DNA of 64,000 nucleotides, taken from Haplodiscus bocki (lineage: Eukaryota). Below the pieces are notes generated by a model. The model was not told the DNA's origin, ran no database searches, and saw only the letters and a program-made list of their open reading frames with translations. The stretch spans positions 17,174,001-17,238,000 of the forward strand of contig OZ296659.1 of the NCBI GenBank assembly GCA_965655095.1. The letters are read 5' to 3'. Shown piece by piece: positions 25,357 through 37,689 of this stretch (position 1 is the first letter of the stretch; every line of letters begins with the position of its first letter). The position numbers were made by a program, and so were the translations under genes.

Positions 25357-26460
25357 TGAAAAATTGTAAAGTAAAGTTCAAAGTTTCCCCATTGAAATTA
25401 ATTTTTTCTCGATTATCGAATTAATTTTCGAAATAAAATGTTATGGTATTCGAAACAGACTGGGGTACTTTTATAGTTTATTGTTTCAGGCTCACAGAAT
25501 ACTTTACAAACAGGAGGTATAGGTGTAACACAAAACTAAACAATATAGATTGTCTGACACTTTTACTACAAAGCCATCAATAACATCGCATTTTAAATGA
25601 ATTTTATCAATTGTACTTAAATTTATATTTTTTGGCTAAAGTAATAATTAAAGTGTTTTCAATTCCAATATGAATTGAAACATGGGATAGCACTAAAGAA
25701 GATTTTTCATCAAACATCATGCCTATAAAGCCTGGTCTCACAACTAATTTAGTTTTAACCCTAATGTTGTCAAATTCACTATCAACCGTCTGGTTGACTC
25801 CGTCATATTCAAATTGAAGACTTCCTAAAAAGAACATTAGAAAAGATATTTAAAAATGTATATGCACGGTGGTAATTCAACATTAATAACATTCGAATTA
25901 TATTCATCCAAAACTAATCTAATATCATCTACAACTGAATCAACTTCAGTTCTGAGATAAATTTTAAGGTCTTGAAATTTAGAATTAGTACAACCCGCTA
26001 AAAGATCCATAAATTTTTCATTTTTTATTCTTTCTGATACTTTTTTTTCTATATTCTTCAAAAATAATTGGACCTAAGATTTCATTTTGTAAATCGGTGG
26101 CTGAAACATCTGACATTTTTGAGCCTTTTTCAATCTCCTCTGCGAGTTATTCATAAAGAATTCTTCACTTCTTTCAAACAAAATTTATATATTGTTTGTT
26201 TTTTTATTTTCTTCTGTGATTTCAAAATTAAAAATGTATACCTATAAACTTGGTAATCCAATCCAATCATTCATTTACAGTCAAGGCTGAGGTTAAAAGA
26301 TGGTTTAAAGGAGAGGTTTTCCCTTGGTTGATTAAGTTTAAGTTATAGCGTTTCTTGTGGTTTTCCATGAGTTTAGTTAAAATGTGTTTCACAGTTTCAA
26401 TTTGCTGAAAGTAAAAGACCTTCAGTTTCATTTTTGCAACTATACATATCTAATTTCATT
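25357..26460 (-). pseudogene. Minor capsid (penton-like) protein, paralog 1
   Basis: C-terminal IDKIHLKCDVIDG.VV..RQSILFSF..KVFCEPETI..NFNGETLNFTL; includes ORFs 25607-25837 and 25837-26061. Confidence 0.7.
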
Positions 26461-26504
26461 TAAGACCAGTAAAAGTGGTCCAAGGTACTTCCCCCCCCCT
26501 GTTT

Positions 26505-27601
26505 AAATGATTTGAATATATATTGTCACTAATTGACAAGTGAAACCTATCGTTTCTCCGTTAAAGTCAACTGGTTTGTGATCATCATCCCCTAGATAAA
26601 CTGTTATTTGGACCAAAGCAGATTTATCAATTTCTTGAAAAATATTTCTTGTTTAATACTTCGAGTTTCTTAAATATTATGACCCGGACGGTTAACTAAG
26701 GCATAAATGAACAAAATATGCTCTCATATTCCTTTAACAATACTTCCGTTATTACAATCACATTTTTGAAGAAACTTATCAATGGCGGTATTGTTAATCT
26801 CTTTCTGGCTTTCGTTTGATCCTGATGTTTTTTGAACATATCCTTTTGCAGGATCGTTCAAAGGACTTGAATGGGATTGAGTAAAACCTAAAATGGTGTA
26901 GAATAAAGAGTTTGAAGTAACTTTTTTTGTTTTGTTAGTGGTGATTTTTGACCATAGTCTAATATCACCATCTGTAATATCTACTTTTACCTGATTAGGA
27001 AGTAAAGACTTCAACATAAAACTTCAATTGCTTTTTCCACATGTGCCTGGTGGTTTTCTATAGACAGTGGTTTTTGCGCCAAAATGCTTCATATCAAGTA
27101 TATATCCAATTTTACTATATGTCAATTCTATTTTAAAATCCATATCTTCGAAAACGTTCTATTCTGCATAATTTGTTTCTTCAATTTATTTATTTTTTTG
27201 AGTATCAAGATCCGCAGAAGAGAAATACTTTTTTAAGCTTCAAACCTTTTTTTTCAATTTTTTTATCATTTAACTTTAAATCATTTTGAGATATAAGCTC
27301 TAATAATTTTTGTAGTCTGTTTATAGTTTCTGCATCCACTCGGGAAGACCAACGGCTGGGTTTTGAAATTGAAAATTTTTTGTTTCCATCAGTTATATTA
27401 AAAACGTAGTCTGTTACCTCAAACACTATTACTGCTAATAACCGCTTTCGTTCCTCAGAAAGCTTTGTTGGAGGACTAAACGAGAAAATTTCCGGCTGTA
27501 TAGTCTATGGAATTTCAAGTGTTTTTTGTGGTTTTGTTGTTGTTTGTTCAATAAATATATATCTTTCCCTTTTAAATTAGAAGTAACAATTCGTTATTCA
27601 T
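26505..27601 (-). pseudogene. Minor capsid (penton-like) protein, paralog 2
   Basis: VFNITDGNKKF, FYTILGF, IDKFLQKCDCNNGSIVKGI.EHILF..PGH..DDDHKPVDFNGETIGFTCQL; includes ORFs 26724-27017 and 27205-27426. Confidence 0.7.
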
Positions 27602-27814
27602 CAATTAACAGTTTTAAAACTTTCTCCTGCTAGGTTTTCATATAATCTTTTTGTGTTTTGTGAAAGTTCCTTGTTTTCTTTTCGAGGAAGGGAAGCAGAC
27701 TTTGCTTTGGGACCTTTCGACAAATCTTCGCTTTGTGAATGGCTAGCCTTGCTGACGTATTTCATACTGCTGTCGATTGTTGTTTCGCGTATCGTCAATT
27801 AAACCAAAGATAAT

Positions 27815-29750
27815 TATTGTATCAATTGATAGTAGAATATAAAAATAGCAGTTTCAAAATCCCTGCCTAAGTTTTTTAACACGTTATTTCTACTCAGAAC
27901 ATGAATAGCACAAAGACTGTCATTTTTTGAAAATGATAGTCAGAATAAATTCATTTCCACGCCAATTTTTTTGTAATCAGGAGTTTTCTTTGGTATCTGT
28001 CGCAGTATATCCGCGAAGCCTACGAGCATACAGAAAGAAAAGGACATCCCCAGATTGCCTGAAAATTAGTAGAAACTGTATCAATACTTTAGATTTTTCC
28101 ATATCCATTCATTTAATAATATTGCAGTAATATATCATTGCTTTTACATGTAGTTGATACGTATCAAATACGTATCACTCCCCAGTATATTTTCATAGAA
28201 ATTATACGTATTTTATACGTAGCACTCCCGTGTACTGAACCAGATTGGGACGGAAGCTTTACGCAACGAACACATACCTACCTAGCAGCTACTCTAAGCT
28301 AGGAATCATTTTGTTACGTGCGCGTGACGTCACTACAGATCTGGTGACGTCACAAAACTTTCAACCAATACGCTGTGCTTTTATGCTGTGTCAATTTGGA
28401 CAAACGCGGAACGTCTACCTGGCCACCAGATTCATTCTCTTCAGTAGCACTGCGGAGAGCAGTGCTACAAGCGGCCACGTAACCGTTCCGGAACACTTTC
28501 TCCAAAATGGCGAACCATCCGTTAATAACGTGGAACGGGCTTATTTAATATCAAAATGGATTAAACCGATGCGATAGTATTACCAAGCATGTAACTATGA
28601 TTTTTTATGAGTATTTTAGTGTATTTTACTTAATTTTGGTGCATTTTCCAATAATTTCCTCTTATGGAAAATCTTTTTGATCATTTGTTTATGTTATTAT
28701 TTATTGTGTCGGCGCTGGAATAAGCACTTTGATATCCATTTCCGACTGATCAGACCCATAACTTTTGCGTCGAAAGATGGAAAAGACGCGGTCTGTAAAG
28801 GAAGAAATGGAGGGAAAGTTGTTTATTTCCCACCAGAGTCGGCATATTTCCTTTGTAATTATGATGATTAAAGTACTTTTCCCTAATGTGTACCTTTACT
28901 TGGCATGTAAACAATTATGTTTCCCGCCAAGGAAAACGTATAAACAGGAGAAATGAAAGTACTAAGGGAGAGATCCATAGTATTACTTTGATTATCAGTT
29001 GACTGTACTGATTGCGACTAGTTGTTTATTTTAAAGAATAACATTTTTCTTATAATCTCAAGTTGTTCAACAAATACAAAATAATTCAGTCTTCATAACT
29101 GCGTAGCATTTTCTCTTCAAAAAGACGGCAACGTTGAGAAACAAACGAAAGTTGGCAGCCGTTACAAGAGAAACACAAGAGGAAAATCCTAGGAACGGCC
29201 AGTCACGAAACACGTCCGTTCCTAGAATTAACGAAGAATATATCACACAAGTTTCTGAAGAGATTGAAGGCAGAGTCAGTAAAAAACGGTCCCAGGAGTT
29301 CAGCAGGACAGAGTCCCGCATTTTGAGTGCTCTGACTAAATTAGACGAATTTCTCTCGAACCAACAGATATGGACGCATTCCGAAACCGTTCGGGGAACA
29401 TTCCGGAACACAAACGTGGAAAACCAGGGAACGAATGAGGCCGACTCCCAGAGTGATCCTCATTCTGAAGCAGGCATCTTCGGCGACCCGACTACACAAA
29501 ACTCTGGCCCAAAAGGTTGTCGTGACAGAGTCCATAGGAATCAAAATAACAGTCCTCATTATGAAAAAACCAATGCGTTACTTTGCTGGTCTGGAGAATA
29601 AGTATGCCAGAATATAACCAAAAAATGTCATCTTTTGATTAAATTCTCAATTTGGAAACTAATCCCAATACCTTCAGAACCTGTTGGTTTTTTATATTTG
29701 TTGTTTCGCATTTCAAAAGGGAATTATGAATAAAATCATTGAATGACATC
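27815..29750 (-). pseudogene. Adenain-like cysteine protease, split by a solo LTR
   Basis: THW..CYFDSYG at 29531-29578 and QKNDSLC at 27909-27929 flank the LTR. Confidence 0.75.
27998..29527 (+). mobile_element. Solo LTR (1530 bp) of a Gypsy-like retrotransposon
   Basis: TGTCGCAG...GTCGTGACA termini; homologous to 37690-38886; TGACGTCA twice and CCAAT at ~28325-28370; gag-like ORF from ~29134. Confidence 0.8.
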
Positions 29751-30502
29751 ATTTGGTTCCCCAAAATCAAATCTACGTCCTTCATTAAGTTCCAGAAGTC
29801 AATAATCTTTTAGTATTTCATCTGCGTTATTATAAATAACAAATAATCCTTTTTCATATAGTGTTAGAATAGGCAATTTCACAGCTTTTCCAGGTGAAAA
29901 CCAATCATCGCGACGCAACTTAAAATCAATATTATTATCTTTATACGATTTAAGATTTTGTACAATGGATGCTTTTGTAATTAGGTAAGCTTTAAATACC
30001 ACATCTTCATCATTAGTAGAGTCAAATTTTGTTGTTACTTTTCCATTGAATATCGTTTATTTTGAGTTTTATTTGGTTATGATATACATCCTGCAATCAT
30101 GTTTTTCCAGAGATAACATTAAGAAAGTCACTTCTCCATGTTTTATCATAACTCAGACATGCCAGTTTTCATTTTTTTATTTTCATCTGTTTTTACATTC
30201 GTGACATAAAAAAGTTTGATCTTTTTTCATCATCAGACTGTTTTAAAAACCTTGCTTTGACTTCTTCTAACCGTCTTCCATCATGAGATTCTTTTTTTTG
30301 AAAGATTCGTTTGCCGTAGTTATATCTGCTATATCATCACAAATTACATCATAAGGTTTTTTAAAAGCAGGCATCAAAGAACTTATTTACTCTACTTCTT
30401 GGCTTGTGTCGCTGAAGATTGTGACTTAAAATCTTTTACACTTTGTACTTTAATACCTCCAACGATTTTATCATTAGAATTAGCTTGTTTTGCTAATTCC
30501 AT
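29745..30502 (-). pseudogene. Two small uncharacterised Polinton ORFs
   Basis: ORF 29799-30002 (KAVKLPILTLYEKGLF..NADEILKDY) and a frameshifted upstream ORF containing SHDGRRLEEVK. Confidence 0.45.
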
Positions 30503-30544
30503 TTAGATAACAAAGAGAAAGCTGTAGTACTGTAATGCAATACT

Positions 30545-31050
30545 TTAAGGTTATTATTGTAAAGAATTTCATCTAAACATTCATCACCAATTTCGTTTTT
30601 CCCACCCGTTTCAATTTACTTTTTTTAATAACAAATTCATTCGCAGAGCGAGCGTGACTCGCAGAGACTGCATCAGTTTCAATCAGACTTGTTTAATGAT
30701 TTCAACTTTTTGAGGACTTTTCAGGTCAGTTGAAGTTTTTGAGGTCGTGTTCATGATGTGAATCATCATTGAGGCGTCTATTTAGGAACTTTTGTCTTCT
30801 TCGTTACTATTTGATGAGATCCTACGTTGTGGAAGCATGTTAAAATCTTGTCTGAAGCAATGTAAAGTAGAACTTGGGAAACCTAATTCTTTTGCCATTT
30901 GGTCATGCGCTGATTTTGGGTAGTTAAGCTTAGTCTCAATAAACCTGGCCATTCAATCTAACTTATTTTGACGTAGAATCAAATTAACATCAACATTACT
31001 TCTTTTAAAATTTTTTTCTACAGAAATGTTTTATCAAATTGGGTTTTTAA
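30545..31050 (-). pseudogene. HTH-containing Polinton ORF
   Basis: ILRQNKLD.MARFIETKLNYPKSAHDQMAKELGFPSSTLHCFRQDFNML has a helix-turn-helix pattern. Confidence 0.5.
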
Positions 31051-31315
31051 GTAAAAGAAAAAAATAAAAACAGAGATGAAACAATAATAAATAAATCTTT
31101 AATTGTTTTGAAGTATGTTTTGATAATGCTTGTTGAGTTCGCATAGCGCGCATGCCCAAAAAACGAACTGTCAACGAAGTTGACTTATCTTTCAAGTAAA
31201 TTCGTTTTAAGCTTCATTTTATAAGCATAAAAATTAACTTTACAGTTATTGTTGTTAGAACAAAAAAAAGCACTCTCTGGCTCTCTTCAGAGCTATTGGA
31301 TGTTGGATAATTTTA

Positions 31316-32200
31316 TGCTGAATCATAATTACCGTTCTAGGTATTCAGTTATAATAAACCACTTCGTGAATATGCAGGCTTCTCCCATGAGTCACGTTGT
31401 GAGCATGAAGAGTTGACCTAAAGTACGCAAAGTGTACATATATAATACTGAAACATGTAGTTTTAAAAAACCGTTTCTGGCTTTTCAACCAAAAAATACT
31501 TTCGTTGGTAAATATGGAGTCTAAAAACTGACTGGAAAGTCAAGAGCTTGTGATAGTTCTGATTTTGATGGTAATACCGATTTAGTTCGGAACGATGCCA
31601 TTGGTTATTTTCAATCACTCTGTATGCGAGGTGATGACGAAAATGTATTCATTTCTGGGATTGATATCATCAAAATCTGTAGATAAAAGAAAATTATAGA
31701 TTTCATATCTCTTGTGGGTAGCAATATGATCGCGACTGCCACAGCCATTGGTGAAAAATACACTAACTTCATATTTGACCCTCAAAAAATTACTAAGAAC
31801 GAAAGAATTGAATAAGGAACTTAATAAATTCCACAAACGATAATATTGAAGTTTACGATTATCACAGGTTAAAATATGGTGAAGGTGCTTCTGAAACGAT
31901 GGACTTTAATCAAATTCACAGTTTTTTCCCGAATGAAGAAGCTGAAGAACATGATGAGGAAGATTATATGGAAAGTTTAGGGAAAAATAGAAGATTGGGT
32001 TGTAGAACAAAAGAAATTAGATAAACCCGCGTATTGCAATGGAGACAAAAAGATGGTGAAGATTTTTGATCAGAAGTGTGCTGTTTTGTTTCGAAAAAAC
32101 TAGTGTTTAGGCATTTCGTCAATACGGTCATCAGCGTCTATGCGAAAATTGTTGGACTAATTCAAATGTTTAAATGTTGAAATTTGTTGTTTGTAGAACC
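31316..32200 (+). pseudogene. Polinton accessory protein with C-terminal RING (C3HC4) finger
   Basis: SSDFDGNT..YDYH..acidic tract..KIFDQKCAV.FEK..AFRQYGHQRLCENCW..VVCRT. Confidence 0.6.
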
Positions 32201-32629
32201 TATTTTTTCCTAAGAGCTGTGTTTCTGAATTTGTAGCAATCGTAGTTCGTATGAAAATTATTTCCAAGAATCTTTTGAGTCGCTCGAGAAGCAATTTTCT
32301 TGTCCTTCTTCCATCTGCTATCAAGAAATCTAAAACCCTTAGGATGATTTATAGCGTCTAGTACTATTTTTCTATCGCAAACATAAAAAACATCCCATAC
32401 GATTGTAATGCCGTTATTTTTAACACCTCTGTGGTAAAAATCAACATCTTTTTAAATACCTTCAGTCGAACAAAGCAAAGGGGTCCATGAAAACATAAAT
32501 ATTTCTAGCACTAAGTCTCTATCACTTATTTCGCCACACAATTCATCGCTTTCCATTTGTTCATAAATTTCTTTTGTGTTGCCGCTCATTTATAGTTTTG
32601 AAAAACCAAAATTTTCAATTCAAAAAAGA

Positions 32630-32790
32630 TAAAAAAATACTTTTTTTATAATGGATTGGCTTTTTCAAGACCTTTCCAAGGAAGACCTAGGTTATTTTGG
32701 CTAACTTTGATTGATTTTCATTGATTTTCACAGTTTTTTGTGCTTTTGACGGTAATAGTTCCAGTCATCGTTTTCAAAAATATTATCGTT
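32630..32790 (-). repeat. Additional degenerate right-TIR-like segment
   Basis: TTCCAAGGAAGACCTAGGTTATTTTGGCTAACTTTG aligns with the reverse complement of ~11450-11530. Confidence 0.5.
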
Positions 32791-33779
32791 GAGTAGCCCT
32801 TTTCATGGCTTTTCTTGTTTTATAATATGCTTTTCCATAGCTCAAAAAACCGTTGATGTGGTGTTTTTTACATGTTTGAGTGACCGTGGGAAAAGTCTGA
32901 GAAGAAAAAAAGAAAGAATCCACTTAAGTGGTTTTTGATTACCTTTTAGCCCTTTAATCGTTTTTTCAAAACTACATTTCTCAAAAACTATGATAGTTAT
33001 GAAACTCAAACGTTCATGATAGAGTGAATAGACAATGAGCTTTTGATTTCTTTCAAGACCGCCAACCTCCGACCAGACCATGGTAAAATGATAAGTCGTA
33101 TTTTTACCATGGTAAGATGGTAATTCCTATTTTGTTCAATACTTTTTGTAATAAAATTCTTAATTCAATGAAGAATAGAACACTTTTTATTGCCGGAGCC
33201 AGCGGGACTCGTGGAGTCCGCAATTGACATCAATTTGAAAAGTATTCATTTAGTTATTGTGAAATGAACACTTTCAAATCATTTTCTTTCAGCTAGAACA
33301 TTTTCAAAATTGTTTTGTCCAACCTAGAACATTTTCCCGGACGTTTAACCAGCGGTTTTTTTTGAGGGGGAAGGGGGGGCTGATAATCACCCACAATGTT
33401 GCTTTATAAAATATTTTGATGGATTTCAACAATCGACATTTCTTTTTAATCTTTCTAAAAATCTTTAATCGTTTCGAAAAGTAGAACTTTCAATTCCTAC
33501 TGGTTATCCTAGCCTTTAAAATTGTTTTGATTAAGTAGGAATTTTTTTAGTGGGGGGAATGGAGTTCATTATAGTGGAGAAGAAAAAACGGTGAAGATTT
33601 AATTAGTGGAGAAGAAAATGTGCTGATCTTTTTGTAATGCTAAAATAAAGCAACGAATTTTAATTAGTGGATGGTCGGTTTTTGTTAACATAAGGTGCAA
33701 GTGTCTGCTAAAATATTTAGAAAAATACGGCAGTGAAGCTGACAGTTGGGATAGCTTGAATTTAGTGAAAATGTGATTT

Positions 33780-34116
33780 CTTGTGTACCTTTTTTGATAA
33801 AAACAATCGAAAAATTTTTCCCAAAATAAAACCTTTTTCCTGTGTACCCCCTATTCATAATACCTTTCAAAAATTTTTTTAAAATATCAATTGTTTTCCT
33901 GTTTACCCCCTTGATATAGTAAAAAAACACTTTTTTAAACATTTTATGGGAAATTGCGCGGCTATGGCCCTTTCCTTTTTTTCAAAAAAAATTTAGTTAA
34001 AATTAACGAAAGTTTGGGTGATGTTGGCTGATTTTCATTGATTTTTACATATTCTCACTGTTTCTTTTTGGTATTTTAACCGAATGTTCTCCCCGTAAAT
34101 GATTTTATCATATACT
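33780..34116 (-). repeat. Polinton right TIR
   Basis: Inverted copy of 11417-11750, including TTCCTGTGTACCCCC subrepeats; ends CT-3'. Confidence 0.75.
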
Positions 34117-37100
34117 CTGATGGAGACAAAATATATGGAAGTATTTACTGTATATGAAGTATCGCAACAAATTACTTTTTTGTAACGTCATTTTTATTGA
34201 ATTTTCTCGGTCTATCGATCAAGGAAAAGAATCTTACTGCACATGTTCAATATTACTCAAGGTTTCCAAGACTGGAGCTCATTGGAAAAAATCACATAAT
34301 AGTTCTTTTTTGCAAATTTCTTTGGGGACTTCCAGTCGAAACGTTTCATTTTAGAGACGCTTGTGAAACACAACAAAATCAAGTTGACCAAACTGGCACT
34401 TTTTGCAACACAATTTGACTGGTCAGTTGAGATCAATGGTCTTGAAAATCTTTCCAAAATGTGATTGGAAAACTGATTGACAAGTTTGGAGTTCCTCTAT
34501 TAACTGTCACTCTTCTTCAGTTAACACCTCTTTGCAATCGTTTCAGAGCCTTTTTACATCAAAATTGCAATTTTGACCAGAAAGTTTCCGGAATAAGTTA
34601 TTGTGGGCCTTGTACAATACTAAACTAGGCTATTTGACGAGAAATTTCTTGTTTTTCAAAAGCGGAAAGAAATGATGCATACGCCGGTTTCTAGTACATT
34701 TTCCATGCCCACTTGAAAAATTGCTGGAAAAAGTACAACGTACACTTTTAAGTGGAAACATCGGACAAAAACATCATAGAAGCTAGTCAAGAGAGCTGAG
34801 AATGCAGCATAACAAAAACGTTATTCGCACAACTTAGCTACATATTGTGTTGTTGTTTTGAAAAAAAGACACTGGTACCTTAAATGGGTTGTCAGCTTCG
34901 GTAAAAAAATGAATAAATTTACTTCACGTACTTTAAAAGAAACTGTGAAGAGTGACTTGAAAACCGATTGGGTGAAATGTAAAACTTCATTTTTCTTTCG
35001 TCTCATTCATTTCTCTGCATTACAGAGAGAAAAAAGTAATCGTTGAAAGCAAAAGAAGCAACTTAAACAAAATTCAATAAACTAAAGTATTTCACCAAAT
35101 TATACATCACTGTATCAATAATTTCATCAAAAAATCAGCACCTACAGGATCAATTAAAAACTATCATAGTGCAGACACTCAAGCTCATTCATATTTGCAA
35201 GACCAGAGTGTAATAGGTTTTTTTCACAAAAACTTGCAAAGGAGATCAAGTCAAACATTTGATTGCATAAACGCGTTCGAAACACAACAAAACCAGACTG
35301 CCCAGTTTGTCGTTTCCCGGTAGGAGTAGAAATAAATAAAAGTGCAGCGCGTGCTTTTGTAACTTATTTCGACATCTCAGTTGAGATCAATCATACTGAA
35401 AGGCCTTGGAACCCATGATTGCAAAAATGACTCCTTGAAGCGTTTTGCCCTCCTACATCAATTGTCAATCAGGAGAATTTTGAGGTTTTTCTAGAAGTGA
35501 GAAATGCGAAAAAAACACCGGTCACGAAAACTAACAAAAGTTCGGACATTACAATTATGTTTCCTCAGCTTATGAAATTTTCCGTCCAGTGTTCGAAATT
35601 TTTTGACAATAGAATCGGAGAATTGAACAAAAATTTTTCCGAACGCAGCTGTTATGTACTGTTTGCAAGGTAAAACAAGGCCAACTGATAAGAAACTGCT
35701 CGGTTTTCATGGGCGGAGAAATTGATGTATAAGCCATTTCTAGTACAATATATATTCGTAATTCAAATTTTTTTGGAAGTGGTACAACATTCAGGTTCGA
35801 TTAAAGCTATCTGAAAAGTGAGCATCATGTAAGATAGTCAAAAGGCGCGTTGGATGCAATGTAACAAAAACTTGGATCAACCAATGTATCGCTGATTGAG
35901 ATGAAATTTTGAACAATTGGACACTATTACTTCGGGTGGGTTGCCAACTTCGATAATAATTGAATCAATTTTTTGCAGGTACAAGAAAACACACTGTCAA
36001 AAGCAGTTAGCTGAATTCGAAAGAGTTTGTATTCTTCCTTGTCACTGATTCCGTTGTATTATTTCGAGAAAAAAAGAAAAAAAAAGTACTTCAAAGGAGA
36101 GAAAGTAAGCAAACTGAGGTGTTTCATTAATTTACACCTATTTGTGTTGTTCGTTTGGTCAAACAATTGCCGTCTATCTGTTCAAAGAAAAATAATCTAT
36201 TTGCATACGTTCAATGTTATCCACATTTGTAAGACTAGACTTTACTATAGTCCCCTTTCTACAAAATCTTGCATGGAACTTCCTGTCAAATCATTTAACT
36301 CTCAAAATGATTTCGAAACACAACAAAATCAGCTTATCTGGTTTGGCATTTCCCGGTCGGTGTAAAATTTAAACGAACGCAGCGCGGAATTTCGTGACAT
36401 ATTTTGACTTGTCAGTTCAGATCAAAAATTTTGAAAGGCATTGGAAACCATAATTGCAGCAGTGATTCAAGGTAACTTTTAGAATATCTGCACCAGCTGC
36501 CACTGTGAAGAATTCTAGGAGCGAATTAGCGAAAGAAACTTGCCACGGAAGCTCATAGAAAAATGACAAGTCAATTGTGTTTCTTAAGTTTACGCCATTT
36601 TGCTGTCCAGTTTCGGAGAAATTATACAATCAAATTAGAAAAATGCAAAAATGCCTTACAAGAAGAAGCTGTTAGGGAACGTTTACACTCTCAAACTCAA
36701 CTAACTCACACAAAATGACCAGTTTTCAAAGCCGAATAAAATGATGCATAACGCCGTTTCTAGTACGTTTTTCTTTCCTGATCCCAAATTTTATGGAATT
36801 TGTACGACGTTCAAGGTCAAATAAAGGTATCAGAAAAGTAAAAAAGTAAGCATCATACAAACTAGACAAAAAAGCTCGGAATGAAACATAATTAAAACAT
36901 AATTCACCCATTTTTGCAAGAATTTGATTTGTAATTTTGAAAAAATGGACAATAGAAACTTATTTGGGTGGACTGTTTCAGTAATTAGTGAATCACTTTA
37001 ATACTACATCATAACAAATTTCGAGGAGTGACTTGAAAAACGTCTCGGTGAAATGCGAAACTTCATTTCTTTTCCGTTTCCTTGATTTTTCCGTATTACC

Positions 37101-37689
37101 TAGAGAACTAACATATTCGTCGAGGAAATACTTCAAACAACTGAAGTAAAGTAAGTGAAGGTATGCAAAAAAAACAAATTGAAGTAAATAGAGTACTTTA
37201 TTACAAGCACTTGCATGGGACTAGCGCATAGGACTAGCGATTAAAACATTTATTTGTGAAAGCGCTTCTGAAACGAAACAAATTCAAGTCGCCCAGTTTG
37301 CCGCTTCCGACGGACGTAAAAATTCAATACAGGCAGCGCATCTTTTGCATTACATTTAGAGTGGTTTGTTCGAATCAATGATCTTGAAAAGCATTCAAAT
37401 CGATGATTGACACGGTTTGAACTTCTAGATCAGCTGTCACTCAGAACAATGTTTTAGAACTGAAATGAAAAGAACAACAACTGCCACAAAAACGAAAATA
37501 GAAACATGTCAAGTCAAATAGGTTTGTTCAGATTACGCCCTCTTGCTGCTCTTGGTTGGGAACGTTTGAGTATAAGAAACGATGAAGGTGATCAAAAACG
37601 TGACATACAGTTTCGTATTGAGATAACACCAAAAGTAACAACTATCAAAGAGTACCTTCTGATCAATTAGAAGAATTGATCAGACTATC
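34117..37689 (+). repeat. Degenerate ~1-kb tandem macro-repeat (~3.6 units)
   Basis: TCAGTTGAGATCA-like motif at ~34422, 35377, 36411, 37365; GCCGGTTTCTAGTAC-like motif at ~34683, 35733, 36753. Confidence 0.8.

Larger units (their letters stand above)
11417..34116. mobile_element. Decayed Polinton/Maverick (adintovirus-like endogenous dsDNA virus) with duplicated left end
   Basis: Inverted termini AGTAAATGATAAAACC.. and ..GATTTTATCATATACT; pPolB, integrase, MCP, ATPase, two minor capsid and cysteine protease remnants. Confidence 0.88.

Noticed and set aside
33077-33113. ACCATGGTAAAA/TTTTACCATGGT hairpin (and GC hairpin at ~33201-33221) as terminator or Helitron end
   Set aside because: No CTRR terminus or other supporting context.
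11411-34122. 6-bp Polinton target-site duplication
   Set aside because: Flanks TGGATT and CTGATG match only 3/6, so no TSD is claimed; the solo LTR flanks GTATC/GAGTC likewise match only 3/5.
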